A DNA stretch of 64,000 bases from the human T2T-CHM13v2.0 reference genome, Homo sapiens. Shown piece by piece: positions 57,540 to 64,000 of this stretch. Location of the stretch: assembly GCF_009914755.1 (NCBI RefSeq), contig NC_060948.1. One strand, written 5' to 3'. Numbering within the stretch: the stretch's first letter is position 1; every line of letters starts with the position of its first letter. The notes under the pieces were generated by a model. The model was not told the DNA's origin. It was given only the letters and a program-made list of their open reading frames with translations, and did not search any database. A program made the translations under genes and the position numbers.

Positions 57540-58960
57540 GCATTCTTCAGTTAGAGGTGATGAAGTGGGATGATGAGTTTTGCAGAGCACAGTCCGACTT
57601 CCAGTGTTCGTTGATGCCATGGATGGGGTAAGGTTTTGAGAGTGGCCTGGGATTAGAGCAGGCTTTTGCCCAGTGACCCTGTTGGCTGCACTTCAAACAG
57701 GTTTCCGGCAGAGTTTGTGGTAAGGTTGAGGATTTCTGTATGCATTGGGAACCCTGTTGTTTGGCAGCTGCCAGCGGTTGGTATTTAGCTCGGTCTGTTT
57801 TAAGCTTTTGGGTTTTCAGTTTTTCCTCTCTATTGTTAAAGACCTTGAAGGTCACTTTGATTAAGTCTCTTTGGGAGATTTGAGGGCCATCCTCCAGTTA
57901 TATATTTATTTATTTATTTGATGTTTGGGGCTCACTGGGAAATGAAGTGAAAATGGAGATAGATTCTGCCCTTATTGGTATTAGGTCATAAAGTGGTAGA
58001 TTTAGTTACGGCCTCTGAAAGGTGGGAAAGGAAAAGAGCAGGAATGGCTTTATTTATGCCAGCTAGGAGGCATAATATGGCTAGAGATATCATATGGTCT
58101 TGTTTCTGTCTGCCTGCAAAATTTGCTTGATAATCCCAACTGGGATCAGTTCTGGGGGCACCTAGGGTCCTTACTGGGTTATGGGCAGCATCTTGTTGGT
58201 GGAAGGTGTTTGCATGGACCTGGGAGGCCATTCAGATGTGTTCCCTGTTTTCCGGGGTGAGGGTGGAGGAGAGGATGACATATATGTCATGCCAGGTAAG
58301 GTTATAAGATTGAGTGAAATGCAGAAATTCTTTGCAGGAAGAGGTGGGATCCGGGGAAAAGGAGCCTAGTCTCTTTTCAAGCTGAGAGAGGTTGGCTAGG
58401 GAGAAGGGAATGTGATTTCAGATTATGCTTTCCTCCCTGTCACCTCTTATAAAGGGAAGACTTTGGAGGGCCTTTGAGCATGTGCCTGGTTTTTGTCGGA
58501 AGGGGGTTGGGCATGAGACACGGTTTGTTGGCCGGGTTGAAATTAGAGGAGGAAGGCATGTCCAGGGGAAGAGGCATTTTTGTGGGTTTTTTGCTGAAGA
58601 GGAGGATTTGAAAAGGTTAACAGAATTAGCAGAGATAGAGAGCCACGAACAGAGATAAGCAAAGCACTTCGGATCATTTACCATTGCATTGGAAGTTTTT
58701 TAGGTTTTGTTGAATTTAGAAATAAATGTTTTGATTTTTGCCCATTGATTATTATTGTCCAATTTACATTGGGGCTAGGCAACATTACAGAGGAAAAGTA
58801 CAGAAGAAAGCAAGGCATTTGGTTTTAAGGAGTCCACTAAGCTCTGGGCTTGGAGAATTCAGATGAGACATGTAAGAGGAGTAAATAAGGTGTTCAGTTT
58901 TAATGGAGTCCTCTAAGCCCTGGGCCTGGAGGTTCCAGATGAGACATTCGAGAGTGGTGT
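57540..58960 (-). pseudogene. gag remnant with CCHC knuckle
   Basis: CLKCSQQGHWAKAC, a degenerate second knuckle (HWKSDC), and PRTDPSWDYQ. Confidence 0.85.
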
Positions 58961-59545
58961 CTCCAGGTGGTTTTAAAGAGCCTTGCCCCATACTGGTGAC
59001 TGGAAGGGTGAGAAATTTAGAGGAGGGGAGTGAGTACCCCATTCCTCCCTGGATAAGGGACATAGGAGAGCCAGGGCATCCCTGCAGATCTTTGCTGTCC
59101 CCTGGAGGCCAGAGTGGCCAGAGCAGCTGGAGCAGCAAGCTTTCTGAGGGCATCCCCTGAGAAAGTGGGCTGCGGTCACCTGGTGACCAGGGAGACCTCT
59201 CACCCAGCGCTGGGATTTTCTGGAACCAGAAGAAACAGAGAGGAATTCAGAAAAGAGGAAAGGGAAACTCATCCACTAATTGGAGACCAGTGTTGGATGT
59301 GATGTCCAACAATGGGATCAATCCTTGCTGGAGCTGCTTGGAAAGAGGAAGAAAGAAAAAGAGGACGGAGAGTTTGACCAGGGTCTGGAGGTTAGCCCAG
59401 GGCCAGAGAAGAAGAGAGAATAAGGCGAATGGGGCTGGGAACAGGGAGTCCACTCTGGATCAGGAAGCAGGCCCGGGTCTAGTTTTTGCTGTTTGCTACT
59501 TTCCAGGTTACAAGAGAAGACTTACACCTTAGAACCCAATCCTCA

Positions 59546-59563
59546 TACCTGGTTTCAGCACCA
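59546..59563 (-). other. Primer-binding site, tRNA-Phe
   Basis: TGGTGCTGAAACCAGGTA vs TGGTGCCGAAACCCGGGA (15/18), 3 nt from the 5' LTR. Confidence 0.85.
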
Positions 59564-59566
59564 AAA

Positions 59567-60010
59567 TGTTAGGTTTTGAAGGGAAGGTGAGGGTTAAAGA
59601 AAGACACACACACAGAAAGAGCTTCACAGCAAATGCAGGCTTTATGTCCAGGATAAAACCTACAGAAGTGGGGGACCAGCCTATGTCAGTGCCCGCTGCT
59701 GCTTACAGGCTGGGGTAATTTCTAGGTATGGGCAGGAGGGGTCTGAGCAATATGGCTTGCTGCCTGGAAGGATATTGATAAGATGTCCCCATGATGAGGT
59801 GGTTCTGACCCTTGTTCCGGCAGAATGTGGTACTCCTTGTACTTTCTCCCAGCAGAATATGATAAGAGGCAGGCTCTTTCTTCAGTTGGGCCTTTGTCCA
59901 CCTTGTGGTCAGGTGGTTTATCAAGGCCCGAACCCCCATGAATTGTTTCACTTTGACCAAGGTCTGCAAAATAGCAGGGAGCTTACAAAATGGTGCAGTT
60001 AGGACTAACA
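59567..60010 (-). mobile_element. 5' LTR of the HERV-F provirus
   Basis: Minus strand begins tgttagtcctaaactgcaccattttgtaagc; PBS follows. Confidence 0.92.
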
Positions 60011-61404
60011 TTGGGCATATATCCAAAGGACATAAAATCAGTATGTCAAAGAGATGTCTGTACTCCTATGTTCCTTGGAACATTATTCTCAATAGCCAAG
60101 ACATGGAAACAACCTAAGTGTGCATCAATTGATGAATAAATAAAGAAAATGTGGCGCACACACACATACTTACATTATTATCATATATGTTATTATATAA
60201 CAACATATTAGCTACAGTCACCATGCTGTAAAATAGATCCTCAGAACCTATTCATCTTACAACTGAAAGTTTGTGCCCTTTGATCAATATCCCCTCATTT
60301 TCTCCACACCATATATATAGAATATTATTCAGCCATAAAAAAGAATAAAATCCTGTCCTTTGTGACAACATGGATGAACCTGGAGGGCATAATGCTAGCG
60401 AAATAAGCCAGCCACAGAAAGCAAATACTGCATGATGTCAGTTATAAGTAGAATCTTACCAACTCAAACTCATAAAAATAGACAGTACAAGGGTAGTTAC
60501 TGGGGGTTGGGAGGTGGGGGAAATGGGGAGATGTTGATCAAATTGCACAAACTTTCAGTTATAGGATGATTAAGTTCTAAGGATTTATTATACAACATGT
60601 TGATTACGGTTGGTAATAATGTACTGTATACTAGAAATTTGCTAAGAGATAAGTATTTTCACCACACACACAAAAGGCATCTATGTGAATTAATGGGTAT
60701 ATTAATTAGCTTGATTATAGCAATCAATTCACAATGTATTGTGAATATCAAAACATCAAGTTGCACACCTTAAATATACACAAATTTTATTTGTCAATTA
60801 CACCTCAATTAAGGTGGAGAAAAATAAAAATAAAGGGCTAAATCTTTTGGAAAAAGTATCTGAATCCTCTGGTTGCCTACAATTTTTTCAAAGTTGTCGT
60901 CTTTTGGTTTTAAAAGAACCCCTGATTTGCTAAGCTTGATAAACATGATTCCAGATGTCAAATTAGTTCTTATTTGCTCAGGAATTGGTACTTTTCTTTG
61001 GAGAAATAAATGTGAAAGAGACTTCTATAATTAGATATCACTTAAATTAATGTTATTTTAATCTATCTTGGACAAATCTTTCTTTATTGAAAAAGGAAAA
61101 TTTGTTATAGTACAACAAAGTGGCTCCCAAATACTCTTAGTGATGAAAGCTTTACTGGGGCAAAATGAGAGAAATAACACTGATACTTAAAAGGACACAC
61201 ATTTTTAGGTTAACTAGCTTTAGCTTGAATCCTGGGTCCATCACTTTTCAGTGGTATAGTATCACCTAATGCCTAGTAATAGCATAATCAATGTTGATAA
61301 TTATATGTACATAATTACATATATTTTATATATATATATATATATAAAATCACCATTGTGATTTTTGTTGGTTATGGTTATTCTAGGAAAAATTTTGTGT
61401 ACAA

Positions 61405-61635
61405 ATGTTAAGAGTGCAGGCTCTGTACTCTGTCTGGCTTTGAGTACCAATTCTGCCACATGTAAGCTTTGTGATCTTGAGGAAGACACTCAATGTCCTT
61501 GAGCCTCTGTTTCCTTTTCCATAAAATGTTGATAGTAATCATCAGACTTCATACAGTAATAAGATTTAAATGAAATAATGAAAATGAAAATTTTAACTTA
61601 GTTCCCAGTACATTATAAATATTCAATATTAACTA
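61405..61635 (+). mobile_element. MIR
   Basis: gttaagagtgcaggctctg...tgtgatcttgaggaagacactcaatgtccttgagcctctgtttcc. Confidence 0.8.
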
Positions 61636-61768
61636 TTATTTCCTGGGGAAAACATTATATTTATCCTAGTCTTCGGTTCTTCTTACATTTGTGGTGGTCA
61701 TTCTTTTTGTCAAATCTGGAAATGTTATATGATGAAATTAAAATCTAAATCTGAACCCAGGAAAAACT

Positions 61769-62780
61769 ATATATATATATATACACACACACATATATAT
61801 AAACATATATATATACACTCACATATATATACATATACACATATGTACACATATATATACATATACACACATGTACACATATATATACATATACACACAT
61901 GTACACATATATACATATACACACATGTACACATATATACATATACACACATGTACACATATATACATATACACACATGTACACATATATACATATACAC
62001 ATATGTACACATATATACATATACACACATGTACACATATATACATATACACACATGTACACATATATACATATACACGCATGTACACATATATACATAT
62101 ACACGCATGTACACATATATACATATACACGCATGTACACATATATACATATACACATATGTACACATATATACATATACACATATGTACACACATATAC
62201 ATATATACACACATATGTATACATATGTACATATGTATACATATATACATATATACACATGTATACATATATACATATACACACATGTATACACATACAC
62301 ATATACACACATATACACATATATACACATATACACATATGCATATATACACATATACACATATACACATATATACATATATACACATATACACATATAC
62401 ACATATACACATATACACACACATATACACATATACACACACATATACACATATATACACATATACACATATACACATATACACATATATACATATATAC
62501 ATATATACATATATACACATATATACATATATACATATATGCATATATACATATATACATATATACACATATACATATATACACATATGTACACATATAC
62601 ATATATACATATATACATATATACATATACATGCATATATATACACATATATACATATATATGCATATATATACATATATACATATATATGCATATATAC
62701 ACATATATACATATATATGCATATATACATATATAGACATATATACATATATAGAGACATATATATATACATATATATAT
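61769..62780. repeat. ~1-kb (TA/CA) compound microsatellite with a 26-bp minisatellite core
   Basis: atgtac recurs every 26 bp from 61899 to 62185 (unit atgtacacatatatacatatacacac). Confidence 0.95.
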
Positions 62781-62821
62781 GACATAACCTGAATTAAATG
62801 ACAGCGTGAAATAGAAAAGTT

Positions 62822-63327
62822 GAGGTATAGAAAGGCCAAAAGTTCAGGAGGCAATTGTCATTGAAGAGATAGTGTATTACTCACAGTTCTCAAAGGGAGG
62901 GGACAAGCTATGGAAGTGAGGGGCACAGGACAGCACTGGAGTTGGTCAGGAGACAGAGGGAGAAAGACTGTGAGAAGAGCCTTTTTGTGATTTGTGTGGG
63001 AAATGACAGATGACGCATGGTAAGCAGGCTGAGGACTGGCCCGTTTGAATACTTTCAGCAGGCTCTGGGGCATAGGGACTGTCTCTGTTGGTCTGGTGGC
63101 TGGCCATGGGGGTGCTTAGGGCAGGTGAATAGTGGTCTGGAGTATAAGAGCCTGATGAAAGAGATGGTTGGGATTGTGGGCTCTGGATTGGTTGGTTTGT
63201 ATTTAAAAAGCACAAACCTGAGAAGCAAACTGTTACTAAGGAGAGTCAACAAGGAAGATGGGGAGCCAGGGCAAGATGACATGAGCATATTATTTGGTTG
63301 CTCAGAACAAGGTATGCCTGGCATACG
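62822..63327 (-). mobile_element. MER74-like ERVL solo LTR
   Basis: ggtaagcaggctgaggactggcccgtttgaatactttcagcaggctctggggcataggg...cagaacaaggtatgcctggcatac. Confidence 0.75.
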
Positions 63328-64000
63328 CATATAGGGCAGATGTTTAGCTTCAAATTTGTGAAATATGGAAATGCGGCTAATACACTCCCCCTACCCCAAA
63401 CTCGTAATGCTATTTCTTATTTGGTTGTTGGGTTGGTTTGATCACTGAAACCCAAGTATGAAATCAACCGCAAATGGTATCCTGCCATTTACTGGGTTGT
63501 TCTTAAAAATCAAACACATTTTAAGGTACATATTTATTTATTTGTTAAATGATTGTTGAATGCCTACTTATTTCGCCTGTATTTTTATTTGTTTTCTCAC
63601 TAAGTTTGAATGACAAGAAAAATTCAATTCTGAGAGAGTATTAGTCTTTACTTCTCTTTTGTCCTTCTTGTTGCCAAACACCTTTAACAACAATTATAAT
63701 GAAAGGCTTAAAGAATAGAATAAACCTTATGAGAAAAAGTATAACATAAAATAAGAAAAATAAATACCTCTCTTGTAACTGAAATATTTAATGGAAAAAT
63801 TTCTATTTAAGAAAAAAATGCAGGGAATGTTCAGACATATAAGATTTAAATATAAGGTTTAAATAACTTCTAAACCTTACAAATAATCACAAAACCATTA
63901 ATAAAAATCAGTCTAATCATAATATATTATTAAAGGGAACTTGAGGTAGTACCACACATTTGTAGTTGAGAACCAAAACACATATAGCTTACCGTCCACA

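Larger units (their letters stand above)
51928..60010 (-). mobile_element. Full-length HERV-F-group (LTR46-like) provirus, LTR-gag-pro-pol-env-LTR, defective
   Basis: LTRs 51928-52381 and 59567-60010; TSD ctggg/ttggg; tRNA-Phe PBS; PPT aaagtaaaaggcaagaa beside the 3' LTR. Confidence 0.9.
46755..60832 (+). mobile_element. L1MA (MA6-9-like), 5'-truncated; pieces at 46755-48875, 50980-51927 and 60011-60832
   Basis: EN remnant (VITGNINTPFS, 46874-47062); colinear ORF2 across the insertions; 3' end tttgtcaattacacctcaattaaggtggagaaaaa. Confidence 0.85.

Noticed and set aside
61729-62854. Six 297-369 aa ORFs rich in Y/I/H/T or V/C/M
   Set aside because: Translations of a stop-free TA/CA repeat in every frame; not genes.

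Overview
Primate (human-like) genomic DNA that is AT-rich, gene-poor and made mostly of nested transposable elements. It contains L1s of several ages, Alus, MIR/L2, Tigger1/MER2, many solo LTRs (MaLR, MLT2, MER41A, MER4E, LTR5B, MER74) and three proviral remnants: MER57A, ERVL/MLT2 and a full-length HERV-F-group provirus with a tRNA-Phe PBS. No intact protein-coding gene is supported, and the ORF track reflects repeats and microsatellites. The only gene-derived sequence is a minus-strand processed pseudogene of RNF19B (45195-46747). It is circularly permuted: the C-terminal CDS, 3'UTR and poly(A) come first and are fused directly to the upstream CDS, which ends at the codon where the first piece begins. 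Other notable structures are a near-full-length twin-primed L1PA7-like element, a tail-less Alu, a VNTR built from an Alu insertion junction and a tRNA-Glu-like sequence inside MER57-int. Repeat subfamily names and the RNF19B comparison rely on recalled consensus sequences, not on a database search, and boundaries of old repeats are approximate.
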